A stretch of DNA of 43,407 nucleotides from Gemmatimonadota bacterium (GCA_041482775.1 JBGPEJ010000001.1:1-43407); one strand, 5' to 3'; numbered from the stretch's first letter, positions 32,726 through 42,245 are shown. The notes: generated by a model not told the origin, from the sequence alone. Numbers and translations: made by a program.

Positions 32726-33061
32726 ATGACTGCCTCATCCCGCCGGGACCTGCTCCCGGGAACGCTCGATATGCTCATCCTCAAGACCCTTACCGCCCAG
32801 GCCATGCACGGCTACGGCATCGCCCAGCACATCCAGCGACTATCGCAGGATGTGATCCAGGTGGAGGAAGGGTCGCTCTACCCTGCCCTCCAGCGGATGC
32901 GCCAGAAGGGCTGGATCAAGGCGGAGTGGCGACAGACTCCCAACAACCAGCGGGCCCGGTATTACACCGTGACCCGGGCCGGGCGCCGCCATCTGGGCAC
33001 CCGGGAATCCGGCTTCGCCGCGCTCCTGCAGGCCATCGGCCGGGTCATGAAGCCCGCGTAG
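32726..33061 (+). CDS. PadR-family transcriptional regulator
   Basis: 111 aa. LDMLILKTLTAQAMHGYGIAQHI...EGSLYPALQRMRQKGWIKAEWRQTPNNQRARYYTVTRAGR. Confidence 0.9.
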   Translation: MTASSRRDLLPGTLDMLILKTLTAQAMHGYGIAQHIQRLSQDVIQVEEGSLYPALQRMRQKGWIKAEWRQTPNNQRARYYTVTRAGRRHLGTRESGFAALLQAIGRVMKPA

Positions 33062-33072
33062 GGGAGGCGTAC

Positions 33073-35763
33073 ATGCGCGAATGGCTCGCGAGAATCATCG
33101 ACTGGATCCGCCGGGGCCGGCTCGACGGTGAGCTGACTGACGAGCTCCGCTTCCATCGGGAACAGCTGGCGCGGGATGCGGAGGCCTCGGGGGCGGACCC
33201 CGAGGAGGCGGGGTTCGCCGCGCGCCGGCGGCTGGGCAACCTGCCGCAGATCCAGGAGGCGGCGCGGGAGCGCTGGTCGGTGCCCTGGCTTGAGCATTTT
33301 CTCAAGGACGCGCGCTACGCCGTCCGCGGGCTCCGTAAGTCGCCGGGGTTCACCGTCACCGTGGTGCTCACCCTCGGGCTCGGCATCGGCGCCAACGCGG
33401 CGATGTTCGGCGTCATCGACCGGCTGATGTTCCGGCCCTATCCCTACCTCAAGGACCCGGGAAGGGTCCGCCGAGTCTACCTGGAGTGGAACGACCGCGA
33501 GCGGACCCGCTTCGACTACGGCACCGAGTACACCCGGTTCCTCGATTTCAAGAAGTGGACCAGCTCGTTCGACCTCTACACCGGCATTTCCGACCATACC
33601 CTGGCGGTCGGAACCGGGGACGCCTCACGCGAGCGGCCGGTGGCCTCGGTCAGTGCGTCATTCTTCGACTTCTTCGACATCCGCCCGGTGCTGGGCCGCT
33701 TCTTCCTCCCGGCGGAGGATGTGACCCCGCGGGGCGGCCCGGTGGTGGTGCTCGGATACGGGTTCTGGCAGGCGGAGTTCGGCGGGCGCAATGTGATCGG
33801 ACAGACTCTCCAGGTCCGCAACATCCCCTGCACCATCGTCGGCGTGGCCCCGAAGGGGTTCATCGGAATTCCGGAGGAAGAGGCACCGGCGCTTTTCATG
33901 CCGATCACCACCTACGCCGGCTACGAACCGAATCAGCGGGACGCCACTACCTACTTCACGACCTATAATTGGGGGTGGATGAGCGTCCTGGTGCGACGGA
34001 AGCCCGGGGTGAGCGACGCCGCCGCGTCGGCCGATCTGAGTCAGGCGTATGTCAGGAGCTGGAACGCGGAACGGGTGTTGGAACCCCAGTTGACTCCGGC
34101 GGAGGTCGCCAGGCCCAGGGTGATCGCCGGGGCGGTCAAGACCGCCGCCGGACCCGATCCCGGGCTGGAAGCGAAGACCCTCCTCTGGGTAACCGGCGTC
34201 GCGGTCATCGTCCTGCTCATCGCCTGCGCCAACGTGACCAATCTGATGTTCGCCAGAGTGATCCGTCGCCAGCGGGAATTCGCAGTGCGGATGGCGCTGG
34301 GCGTGAGCCGGGGGCGACTGCTGGCCCAGTCGCTGACGGAGAGCCTGGTCCTCGCGGGAATCGGATGTGTCGCGGGGGTGGCCGTGGCCCAATGGGGTGG
34401 CGCCACCCTCCGGAAGCTGTTCATCCGCAACGGCACCTCGCTCGACGTGGTCACCGATTGGCGGACGCTCGCGGTGGCCGGATCCTTCGCGCTGGCGGCG
34501 GGCGTGCTCACCGCGCTGGGCCCCGCGTTCCTCGCCGTCCGGGGCGACCTGGCCGGCACCCTCAAGGCGGGGGCGCGCGAGGGGACCTACCACCGCTCGC
34601 GCACCCGCAGCGCGCTGCTGGTGCTCCAGGGGGCGCTCTCGGTGATTCTCCTGGTGGGCGCGGGACTGTTCGTCCGGAGCCTCAACCATGTTCGAGAGCT
34701 GCGGATGGGGTACGACGCGGAGCCGGTGCTCATCGCCGGCCGCAACCTCCGCGGCACGGCGATGGACGACAGCGCGCAGGTCCTGCTGGCGCGGCGGCTG
34801 CTCGAGTCGGGACAGACGATGCCCGGCGTGGAGCATGCGTCCTGGGTCAGCAGCATTCCCTTCTGGAGCAGCTCGAGCACTTCGCTCTTCGTGACGGGAA
34901 TCGACTCGGTGCGGCGGCTGGGGCGGTTCACCTATCAGACCGCGACGCCCGACTATTTCCGGACGATGGGCACCCGGATTCTGCGGGGGCGCCCCTTCTC
35001 GGCGGCGGATCGCCCCGGCGCCCCGCGCGTGGCGGTCGTGAGCGAGGCGATGGCGCGGGTCCTCTGGCCCGGCAAGGACGCCATCGGGCAGTGCATGCGG
35101 GTGAGCGCCGACACTATGCCGTGCACCACGGTCATCGGCGTCGCCGAGGACGCGATTCAGCGGGATCTGCTCAACGACCGGCATTTCCACTATTACCTCC
35201 CGATCATCCAATTCCAGCCCGCGGGAGGTTTCGCGCTGCTCCTGCGGATGAAGGGCGATGCGAAGAGCCAGGTCGAGGCGGTCCGCAAGCGCCTGCAGCA
35301 GGTCATGCCGGGTCAGACCTATGTGACCGTGCGGCCGCTGGAGGAGCTGGTGGCCGGGCAGCGCCGGTCGTGGCAGGTGGGCGCCACCATGTTCGTGGCG
35401 TTCGGGGTGCTGGCCCTCCTGGTGGCGGCGGTGGGGCTGTACGGCGTGATCACCTACAACGTGGCGCAGCGGATGCACGAGCTCGGGGTGCGCATTGCGC
35501 TCGGCGCCCAGTCGGCGGATGTGGTGCGGCTGGTGGTGGGACAGGGCGTGCGATTTGCCGTCGCGGGGGTGGGCCTGGGGCTGGCCCTCGCCTTGCTCGC
35601 CGCCCGCTGGATCCAACCACTGCTGTTCCAGCAGTCGGCGCAGGACCCGGCAACCTACGGGATGGTGGCGGCGCTCCTCCTGACGGTCGCCCTCCTCGCC
35701 AGCGCGTTCCCCGCCTTTCGGGCGACCCGCGCCGATCCTAACACGGCCCTGCGATCGGACTAG
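33073..35763 (+). CDS. ADOP-family MacB-like permease with N-terminal cytoplasmic helical prefix
   Basis: 896 aa from the ATG at 33073, with GGGGAGG as SD. It contains MREWLARIIDWIRRGRLDGEL, ARYAVRGLRKSPGFTVTVVLTLGLGIGANAAMFGVIDRLMF and LLIACANVTNLMFARV. I trimmed the start from track ORF 32926. Confidence 0.9.
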   Translation: MREWLARIIDWIRRGRLDGELTDELRFHREQLARDAEASGADPEEAGFAARRRLGNLPQIQEAARERWSVPWLEHFLKDARYAVRGLRKSPGFTVTVVLTLGLGIGANAAMFGVIDRLMFRPYPYLKDPGRVRRVYLEWNDRERTRFDYGTEYTRFLDFKKWTSSFDLYTGISDHTLAVGTGDASRERPVASVSASFFDFFDIRPVLGRFFLPAEDVTPRGGPVVVLGYGFWQAEFGGRNVIGQTLQVRNIPCTIVGVAPKGFIGIPEEEAPALFMPITTYAGYEPNQRDATTYFTTYNWGWMSVLVRRKPGVSDAAASADLSQAYVRSWNAERVLEPQLTPAEVARPRVIAGAVKTAAGPDPGLEAKTLLWVTGVAVIVLLIACANVTNLMFARVIRRQREFAVRMALGVSRGRLLAQSLTESLVLAGIGCVAGVAVAQWGGATLRKLFIRNGTSLDVVTDWRTLAVAGSFALAAGVLTALGPAFLAVRGDLAGTLKAGAREGTYHRSRTRSALLVLQGALSVILLVGAGLFVRSLNHVRELRMGYDAEPVLIAGRNLRGTAMDDSAQVLLARRLLESGQTMPGVEHASWVSSIPFWSSSSTSLFVTGIDSVRRLGRFTYQTATPDYFRTMGTRILRGRPFSAADRPGAPRVAVVSEAMARVLWPGKDAIGQCMRVSADTMPCTTVIGVAEDAIQRDLLNDRHFHYYLPIIQFQPAGGFALLLRMKGDAKSQVEAVRKRLQQVMPGQTYVTVRPLEELVAGQRRSWQVGATMFVAFGVLALLVAAVGLYGVITYNVAQRMHELGVRIALGAQSADVVRLVVGQGVRFAVAGVGLGLALALLAARWIQPLLFQQSAQDPATYGMVAALLLTVALLASAFPAFRATRADPNTALRSD

Positions 35764-36095
35764 CTCCCCGGAGCGAGGGAAGCGGCCAGCCGCTCCGCGA
35801 CGAGCCGCAGCTCGGCGGCCCTGGGCGAGCGCGGGTCGAGCTCGCCCCGCTCCAGGCGCTGGACCATGCTGAAGCAGAACTCGGCGGCCCGGCGCAGCCA
35901 GAACTCCTGGACCCAGGACGGGTCTCCGCCGCGGGCCGCTTCCATCGAGGCCCAGACCCGGGTCCGGGTTTCATCGATGGCGCCTTTGAGCTTGGCGATG
36001 GCGTCCGCCGGAAGGTTTCCCCCCGCAATCGCCGCCTCGATCTCCCCGCACAGCGCCCGCATCGCCCGCACGCTGGCGTCAGACGTGTTGGACAT
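35760..36095 (-). CDS. Small all-helical hypothetical protein downstream of the acylase
   Basis: 111 aa from the ATG at 36095 (MSNTSDASVRAMRALCGEIEAAIAGG...). I trimmed it from a 330-aa track ORF whose 5' part overlaps the acylase gene. I recognise no family. Confidence 0.5.
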   Translation of the reverse strand: MSNTSDASVRAMRALCGEIEAAIAGGNLPADAIAKLKGAIDETRTRVWASMEAARGGDPSWVQEFWLRRAAEFCFSMVQRLERGELDPRSPRAAELRLVAERLAASLAPGS

Positions 36096-36169
36096 TGCAC
36101 CTCCTTGTCGTATCCGTTCGAAGGCCTCGCGCAGGCCGGGCGCACCACCACCCGGCCTCCCGTCGCGCC

Positions 36170-38341
36170 TCACCCTCCCGGATGGTACTCCCGTTCGGTG
36201 TGCCCCTTGAGCTGCGGTCGGTAGAAGTACACCTCGCGGAGATCGCCGGTGCTGTAGCGACCCGCCTGATCGTTGAAGTGCGGGGACCTGGGGTCGCTGT
36301 TCTCCCCGGCGGCGGTGACGGCCAGGGCGCGGACGCTGTCCCCGAACTCCACCACCGCCACGAAGCTGTTGCCGCTGGTGCCGTAGATCTTCCTGGTGCC
36401 CTTGTAGGCCCGCGCCCCGAACGAGGCGAGCGAGCCCCATCGCGCCGAGGTGAACCCGACCGGGGTGCTGGGCCCCACGTCGTTGAACGGCTGCACGATG
36501 TCTCCGGTCAAGCGCTGGAACCGGTTGATGTCCCCCCAGGGCGTCTTCCAGCTCCCGAACCGCGCGGTGAGGGTGTCGGCGGCGGTGGCGAGCGCCTGGA
36601 GCCGCTCGGCAGCGGTCGTCCTGGTGGCCAGGTACTCGTCGACCGGCATCCCCGCGGTCCGGGCCTCGCGAGCCACCTGCCGGCCGAGCTCGTCTCCCCA
36701 GAAGACGGCGAGGGAGGTCGGTACCGACGTCACCGACCACCGCAGGTCCCACTCCCGAAGGAGTCTGATCGGTTCGGCCAGCTTCGCCTTGAGCGGGTCC
36801 GCGGCAGGGCTCTCGTCGTAGGCCTTGAGCAGCGGGGGGATCAGGTCGGCGAATGCGGTAAGATACCTGTCATAGGCCGCGTCCCGGAGCGTCGCCGGCG
36901 TGAAGTCCTTCTTGTCCCGCAGCACCCGGACGGCGTGGTGCCCGCGGGCCGATTCCCCGCCGCTCTCCACATAGGCGGGGTACTCCACCTTCTTCGGGCT
37001 GTTGGGGCCGGCCGCCGACCAGGGGGAGTCGTTGCTGTTGTAGAGCCAGCCGTTCGGCGGATTGAGCAGGTGGGGTGTCTCGTCCACCGAGAGCGGCGCC
37101 TGCCACTCGGTTGCCGGGTCGCTCCCGTCCACCGGCTTGGTCCAGTCGAACCGGGTGTCGCGCCGGGGGATGAAGTTGGCGTGGAAATAGGCAATGTCCC
37201 CGTCGGCATCGGCGAAGATCGTGTTGTTGGAGGAGTTGGTGTGCAGCTCCATCGTTTCGCGGAAGGCCTGGTAGCTCCGGGCCTTGGTCCGGGAGTACGA
37301 CTGGGTCAGCGCCTTCACCGGCTCCTGCATCAGCCGGACGCTCACCCACTTGCCGTCGGCCTCGCGCACGATGGGCCCGTGGTGGGTCCGGTAGACGGTG
37401 AACTCCCGCTTCGCCATGCCGGTGTCGGTTCTGAAGGGCACCGTGATCCTGGTCGCAATCAACGGACGCTCTTCGGTACCGTACCGATAGCGGAGCGTAT
37501 CGCCCTTCTTCACGATCGTCTCCAGATACTCGTCGATATTGTCCACGCCGCTCGAGGTGTGCATCCACCCGGCGCGGTCATTGAATCCCTGGTACACGAA
37601 GAACTGGCCCCAGGTCACGGCGCCGTAGACGTTGAGGCCCTCCTCGCTGGTTACCTGGGCTTCGGCGCGGAAGAAGAAGGAGGTGTGGGGATTGATCAGC
37701 AGCAGGGCGTGATGAGATGCGGTGTTGGAGGGCGCAATCGCCATCCCGTTCGATCCGGCCGGCTCCACCGACTCGGCGTCAGCTCCGGCCGGGGCCTGGC
37801 TTACCGGGCGCTTCCCATAGAACGCCTCGAGCCGGCTGAGCGCAATCGATTCGATGTCTCCGCCGATGCTCCCCTCGCTGAAGGTGAGCGCCATCCAGGG
37901 CTCGAATCGCGTGATGACGCGCGGGGTCACCCGGGGATGCTTGGAGAGATAGAAGTTCAGGCCATCGGCCCAGGCGTTCATCAGCGTCTTGAGCCATTCC
38001 GGACTGGCCTGATACTTCGCCCGCATGCTGTCGGGGTCGATGAAGAGCTTCATCCGCAGATCCTGATACACCGCGGATTCCCCCTCGGCCTCCGCCAGCC
38101 GCCCCATGGCGTTCAGGTAGTTGGTCTCCACCCGGTTGAAGTCGTCCTCGGCCTGGGCGTAGATCAGCCCGAAGACGGCATCGGCGTCGCTCTTCCCGTA
38201 GATGTGCGGAATGCCATGATCATCCCGGAGGATGGTGACGTTCCGGGCCTGCCGTTCCCAGCGCGCCGCTTCCTGATTTCCTGCGCCCAGCGGGGTGCAC
38301 GCGGCGCATGCCGCGGCGGAGAGGAGTGCGAGTTTGTTCAT
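36170..38341 (-). CDS. Penicillin/AHL acylase family (S45 Ntn-hydrolase), probable lipoprotein
   Basis: 723 aa from the ATG at 38341 (MNKLALLSAAAC, lipobox-like). It contains ILRDDHGIPHIYG, the autoprocessing/nucleophile site EPAGSNGMAIAP and LLINPHTSFFF. Confidence 0.9.
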   Translation of the reverse strand: MNKLALLSAAACAACTPLGAGNQEAARWERQARNVTILRDDHGIPHIYGKSDADAVFGLIYAQAEDDFNRVETNYLNAMGRLAEAEGESAVYQDLRMKLFIDPDSMRAKYQASPEWLKTLMNAWADGLNFYLSKHPRVTPRVITRFEPWMALTFSEGSIGGDIESIALSRLEAFYGKRPVSQAPAGADAESVEPAGSNGMAIAPSNTASHHALLLINPHTSFFFRAEAQVTSEEGLNVYGAVTWGQFFVYQGFNDRAGWMHTSSGVDNIDEYLETIVKKGDTLRYRYGTEERPLIATRITVPFRTDTGMAKREFTVYRTHHGPIVREADGKWVSVRLMQEPVKALTQSYSRTKARSYQAFRETMELHTNSSNNTIFADADGDIAYFHANFIPRRDTRFDWTKPVDGSDPATEWQAPLSVDETPHLLNPPNGWLYNSNDSPWSAAGPNSPKKVEYPAYVESGGESARGHHAVRVLRDKKDFTPATLRDAAYDRYLTAFADLIPPLLKAYDESPAADPLKAKLAEPIRLLREWDLRWSVTSVPTSLAVFWGDELGRQVAREARTAGMPVDEYLATRTTAAERLQALATAADTLTARFGSWKTPWGDINRFQRLTGDIVQPFNDVGPSTPVGFTSARWGSLASFGARAYKGTRKIYGTSGNSFVAVVEFGDSVRALAVTAAGENSDPRSPHFNDQAGRYSTGDLREVYFYRPQLKGHTEREYHPGG

Positions 38342-38616
38342 GAGGGACCGGACGGGGAGAGCGAGGGCATCTGGACCAAGCCGACCAAGAGAGACTCGAG
38401 CGGGAGAGGGGAGGATGGCTCCGGGTAACTCCTGAAGATGCGCCCAAGACGGCACCCCCGCAACATCGGGCCGCGTTGCGCACCGCGTGAGGCGGCCGCA
38501 TACTTCACCGGCCGCGAAGGGCCCGCACGCCCCGCCCTCAATCGGGGAAGGCTCCGCTGATCAATCCACTCATCACCGCCCGGCAGGGTGTAGGGCAGCT
38601 GCTGGGGGTCCGGGCA

Positions 38617-39711
38617 ATGGCGGGCGTACCCATCCGGCGCCAGCTCCGTCAACTGCTCGAGCTCCGCCGTGCCACCGGGATGAGCCGCGCCGAGTACTTC
38701 CAGTACCGCCTCTGGCGCCCCGAGCTTACCTCTGTTGAACGTCTCAGCTACACCAGCCAGCGGGAGCGTCGCCTGACAGAACGGGCCACCAACCGCCACG
38801 GGCCCGATACTCGTGGCCGGCCGAAATCCGAGATGTTGGCTTTGTTCGCCGACGCCGGATTGCCGGTGCCGGCGCTGGTAGGGCGGGTCGGTGTCACCGC
38901 ACCCCCGGCCAGCGACTTGGTGCCGGTTGCGCACACTGCCGCTGCTCTCGCCACGCTGCTCGAGGCCCACGGCCATGGTGGCCTGGTGTTCAAGCCGGAA
39001 CATGGCGGGCAGGGGAATGACATCCTCGTGGCAACCGCGGCCGGCGCGGGCGGGGTGAGGTTGCTCTCCGGCGCCGAGTTTTCCGCCGAACAGTTGTGGC
39101 AGCGGCTGATTTCCCTTGCCGGGGAGTCCTGGCGCATCGAGCGCTGGGTGCGCCCCCACCCGGCCCTGGCGGGGTTTCGTCCCGGTGCCACGCCGACCGT
39201 CCGGCTTCTGACGCTGCTGGTCGACGGAGGCGTGGTAGTGCACACCGCCGGCCTCAAGGTACCTGTGGGCGACTCAGGGGTGGACAACCTCCACAAGGGC
39301 AACTTGGCGTCGGCGGTGGATCTCGACACCGGTGTCGTGGGCCCGGCCACCGACCGCAGCGGAGTACCGCGTTTCGACCATCACCCGACCAGCAAGGTGG
39401 CGATCACCGGCTGCCGGATTCCCGATTGGCCGGGTGTTCTGGAGGTGGCGCGCGCCGGCGCCCCCCTGCTGGCGCCGCGCCGTGCCATGGGATGGGATAT
39501 CGCCGTGACGGCGACCGGTCCGGTGGTGTTCGAAGCGAACACGAGCTGGGGCCACGACCTGGCGCAGCTACCGGCGGGTCGCGGACTCACCCGGGGCGCC
39601 TTCATCCGGTTGCTGCACGAGGTGGGCGCTGGATGGATTCTGGAGCGCCGCCGCAGGGCGTCACCCGAGTGGAGAGAGTTCGAGGCCGCGGCGTTGGCGG
39701 GCGGGAGGTGA
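38617..39711 (+). CDS. ATP-grasp ligase, ATPgrasp_ST-like (sugar-transfer-associated type)
   Basis: 364 aa. MSRAEYFQYRLWRPEL (N-terminal region), GGLVFKPEHGGQGNDILV, WRIERWVRPHP, VRLLTLLVDGGVVVHTAGLKVP, NLHKGNLASAVDLDTGV and GWDIAVTATGPVVFEAN resemble that family. The assignment is from memory of the family, not a search. Confidence 0.7.
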   Translation: MAGVPIRRQLRQLLELRRATGMSRAEYFQYRLWRPELTSVERLSYTSQRERRLTERATNRHGPDTRGRPKSEMLALFADAGLPVPALVGRVGVTAPPASDLVPVAHTAAALATLLEAHGHGGLVFKPEHGGQGNDILVATAAGAGGVRLLSGAEFSAEQLWQRLISLAGESWRIERWVRPHPALAGFRPGATPTVRLLTLLVDGGVVVHTAGLKVPVGDSGVDNLHKGNLASAVDLDTGVVGPATDRSGVPRFDHHPTSKVAITGCRIPDWPGVLEVARAGAPLLAPRRAMGWDIAVTATGPVVFEANTSWGHDLAQLPAGRGLTRGAFIRLLHEVGAGWILERRRRASPEWREFEAAALAGGR

Positions 39712-39749
39712 GGCGGGTCACACCGCGCCCCTTCACCACTCCGCCCGAT

Positions 39750-41645
39750 TCAGCTTTCCCTTGGCACCGCCCGCAGCCGCTCAGTCATCTCCTCGGGCGT
39801 CTTCCCGAGCAGGTAGAGCTGAGCCCAGAGTTCGATCCCCACCATCTTGCGGCCCAGCATCGGGGTTGCCCGCATCACCGCGTGCATCCGCTCGATCTCC
39901 CGTCCGCCCCATTTGAACAGCTCCGGCACGATGCCGCCGCGGAGCAGTGGCTCGTAACCCGCGATGAAGGCATCGGGCACCGCAAAGCCCACCTTGGACG
40001 CATGGATGATGCTGTGGGGCAGCAGCCCTTCGGCGGCGGCCTTCACTACCCGCTTGCCCTGGCGGTTCCCGTACTTCGATGCCGGGGCCAAGTGGAGCCC
40101 GTAGTCGATGAGCTCGGTTTCGAGGAACGGGACCCGCGCCTCGATGGACGCCGCCATGGTCATTTTGTCGTTGGCGGTGAGGAGCACCCGCAGGTGATGG
40201 TAGAAATCGTCGAACTCGCGCGCGAGGAAGGCGCGCTCGTCGATACGGGGGATTGCTTCGAGTCGCGCGAAGAGTGACCGCGCCCGGCCCCGCCGCATGC
40301 CGCCGTCGATCACCAGCTCGGCGCCCGGCGGCGCCTGGTTCCACTCCCCCCGGCGATCGAACGGTTCCGTGGCGAGTTGCTCGAGATCGAACGGCGCCAG
40401 CGATTGCAGCCAGCGCCCGAGGGCGCGCAACGGACCGATGTTGGGGAGCAGCCGCGCGTGCCATTGCCTGAGCCTCCACATTCGCCCCGCCTCCGCCTGC
40501 CATTGATACCCGCCGAAGAGCTCGTCCGATCCCTCTCCGGTCACCAAGACCTTGAACCCCTCGTCCCGCACCGCCTCACTCACCTTGAGCCCCAGCGGGT
40601 TCTGGTGGAAGTGGAGCGGATCGTCGTTGTGCCAGGCGGCCAGCGCCCAGAGCCAGGGATACTCCGCTTCGGCGATCCGGACCCGCCGAAGCTGCACGCC
40701 GAGGTGATCGGCCACCTGTTGCGCCTTATCCGCCTCCGATTCGCGCAGTCCTTCCGCTTCGGCGACGAAGGCCACCAGATCGGGTTTATGCCTCCGGGCG
40801 ATCGCGGTGGTGAGGGACGAATCGAGCCCGCCGCTGCACATCACCGCGACCGGCGCGTCGCTCTGCAAATGCAGCTCGACGCTCCGTTCGAGGCGGTGGA
40901 GAAACTCGGCCACATGCTGCTGGAAGGGCTGGTCGCGGCTCCGCAGGATCCGGTCGACGTCGAGGTCGCGCTCCAGGTCGAACCAGGTGATGGTTGCGGT
41001 GGCGTTGGCGGTACAGCGCAGCATCGTCCCCGGCAGGACGCTCCGGACTCCCTCGAACGGGGTCCAGTCGCCGGCGAGTCGCTGGAGGTACACCTGGGTG
41101 ACCAGCGCGTGGACATCGGCACGACAGGGAACCGCCGGATGGGCGAAGAGCGCCTTGGCCTCGGAGGCGAACACCACGGTTCCGCCGGTGTCGGCCAGGT
41201 AGAGCGGCTTGATGCCGGCGCGGTCGCGGGCGAGCCAGAGCGCTGCCGACCGGTGATCATACCAGGCCAGCGCGAACATCCCGTTGAACCGGGGAATAGC
41301 CGCCTCGGGGCCCCAGCGGTCCAAGGCGTGGAGCACCACCTCGGTGTCGCAATGCGAGGTGAAGCGGATTCCCTCCCGCTCCAGTTCCTTCTTGAGCTCG
41401 CGCCAGTTGTACACCTCGCCGTTATAGGCGAGGGCGCTGCTGCCGTCCGGGGTGACGAAGGGCTGGTGTCCACGGGGACTCAGGTCCAGGATGCTGAGCC
41501 GGTCGAGGCCCAAGGCCACCGGTCCGCCGGTCCAGGTGCCCCGGTCGTCGGGTCCCCGGTGGCGTTGCCGGTCGAGCATCCGGGGCAGCACGACCGGGTC
41601 GGCCGGTCGGCCATCGCGGTGCCAGTACCCTGCGATTCCGCACAT
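39750..41645 (-). CDS. Asparagine synthase (glutamine-hydrolysing) family amidotransferase, AsnB-type
   Basis: 631 aa from the ATG at 41645. It has an intact N-terminal nucleophile (MCGIAGYW), glutaminase-domain motifs (RLSILDLS, YNGEVYN, DTEVV) and the PP-loop VMCSGGLDSS. Confidence 0.9.
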   Translation of the reverse strand: MCGIAGYWHRDGRPADPVVLPRMLDRQRHRGPDDRGTWTGGPVALGLDRLSILDLSPRGHQPFVTPDGSSALAYNGEVYNWRELKKELEREGIRFTSHCDTEVVLHALDRWGPEAAIPRFNGMFALAWYDHRSAALWLARDRAGIKPLYLADTGGTVVFASEAKALFAHPAVPCRADVHALVTQVYLQRLAGDWTPFEGVRSVLPGTMLRCTANATATITWFDLERDLDVDRILRSRDQPFQQHVAEFLHRLERSVELHLQSDAPVAVMCSGGLDSSLTTAIARRHKPDLVAFVAEAEGLRESEADKAQQVADHLGVQLRRVRIAEAEYPWLWALAAWHNDDPLHFHQNPLGLKVSEAVRDEGFKVLVTGEGSDELFGGYQWQAEAGRMWRLRQWHARLLPNIGPLRALGRWLQSLAPFDLEQLATEPFDRRGEWNQAPPGAELVIDGGMRRGRARSLFARLEAIPRIDERAFLAREFDDFYHHLRVLLTANDKMTMAASIEARVPFLETELIDYGLHLAPASKYGNRQGKRVVKAAAEGLLPHSIIHASKVGFAVPDAFIAGYEPLLRGGIVPELFKWGGREIERMHAVMRATPMLGRKMVGIELWAQLYLLGKTPEEMTERLRAVPRES

Positions 41646-41698
41646 CGAAATGCCCTGGAAAGGGTAAGCGTCCCGGCCGCGGCGGCGAGAACCGCGGG

Positions 41699-41881
41699 TT
41701 AGGTGGCGCCGGGAGCTCGGCCGGTTCTCGATTGGCTCTCCACGCGGGCCAGCGCGGCTGCAAGCTCGCGCTGGCCCCGCGCCAACTCGTTGACTCGGAG
41801 CAAGATCCAGATTCCCAGGAGCGTCGGTGCGGTCCAGAAGACCAGGAATACGATAAGCTCGACCCAGCCGATGTTGAGCAT
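41699..41881 (-). CDS. 60-aa small membrane protein upstream of the AsnB-type gene
   Basis: GGAGGGGG lies just upstream of the ATG at 41881. The sequence is MLNIGWVELIVFLVFWTAPTLLGIWILLRVNELARGQRELAAALARVESQSRTGRAPGAT, with two short hydrophobic segments and an amphipathic tail. It ends 53 nt before the AsnB ATG. Confidence 0.55.
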   Translation of the reverse strand: MLNIGWVELIVFLVFWTAPTLLGIWILLRVNELARGQRELAAALARVESQSRTGRAPGAT

Positions 41882-42245
41882 CACCCCCTCCGAATCCTGT
41901 TCTCGTCCACCAACCCACCGCGGGTGCCCGTCCACCCGATCATACCCCCGGAACCGGCTCGCCACCAACTCACGCCGGGTAGCCCTCCCGGTACCCCGAC
42001 TCTTGATCCTGCCTCCGCTGTTTCTTACATTGTCTGGAGCAGAAGCACCGGCACCACGCCGATTTCTCGCACCAAGGGTCTTTCGAGTGACGCGAAACTA
42101 CCTGTGCCCCATTACCGCCAAGCTCGGGCTTCGAGCGATCCGGGACGACGTGCGCCCGGACGCCTCGGATACCCGCGCCGGCGGCTTCGGGAGCCGCGTT
42201 GCGGCCGCCCAGAGGATTCAAGCACCCTAGGTAACGATCAGATCG

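Noticed and set aside
42140-42180. Resemblance of CCGGGACGACGTGCGCCCGG to the 5' half of the guanidine-III (ykkC-III) riboswitch as I remember it (CCGGACGAGGUGCGCCG...)
   Set aside because: The rest of the motif is absent: I see neither the conserved AGGACAA loop nor the 3' GGCGC pseudoknot partner. The downstream gene is not a SugE/EmrE-type transporter. The similarity is probably GC-rich coincidence, and an Infernal scan would settle it.
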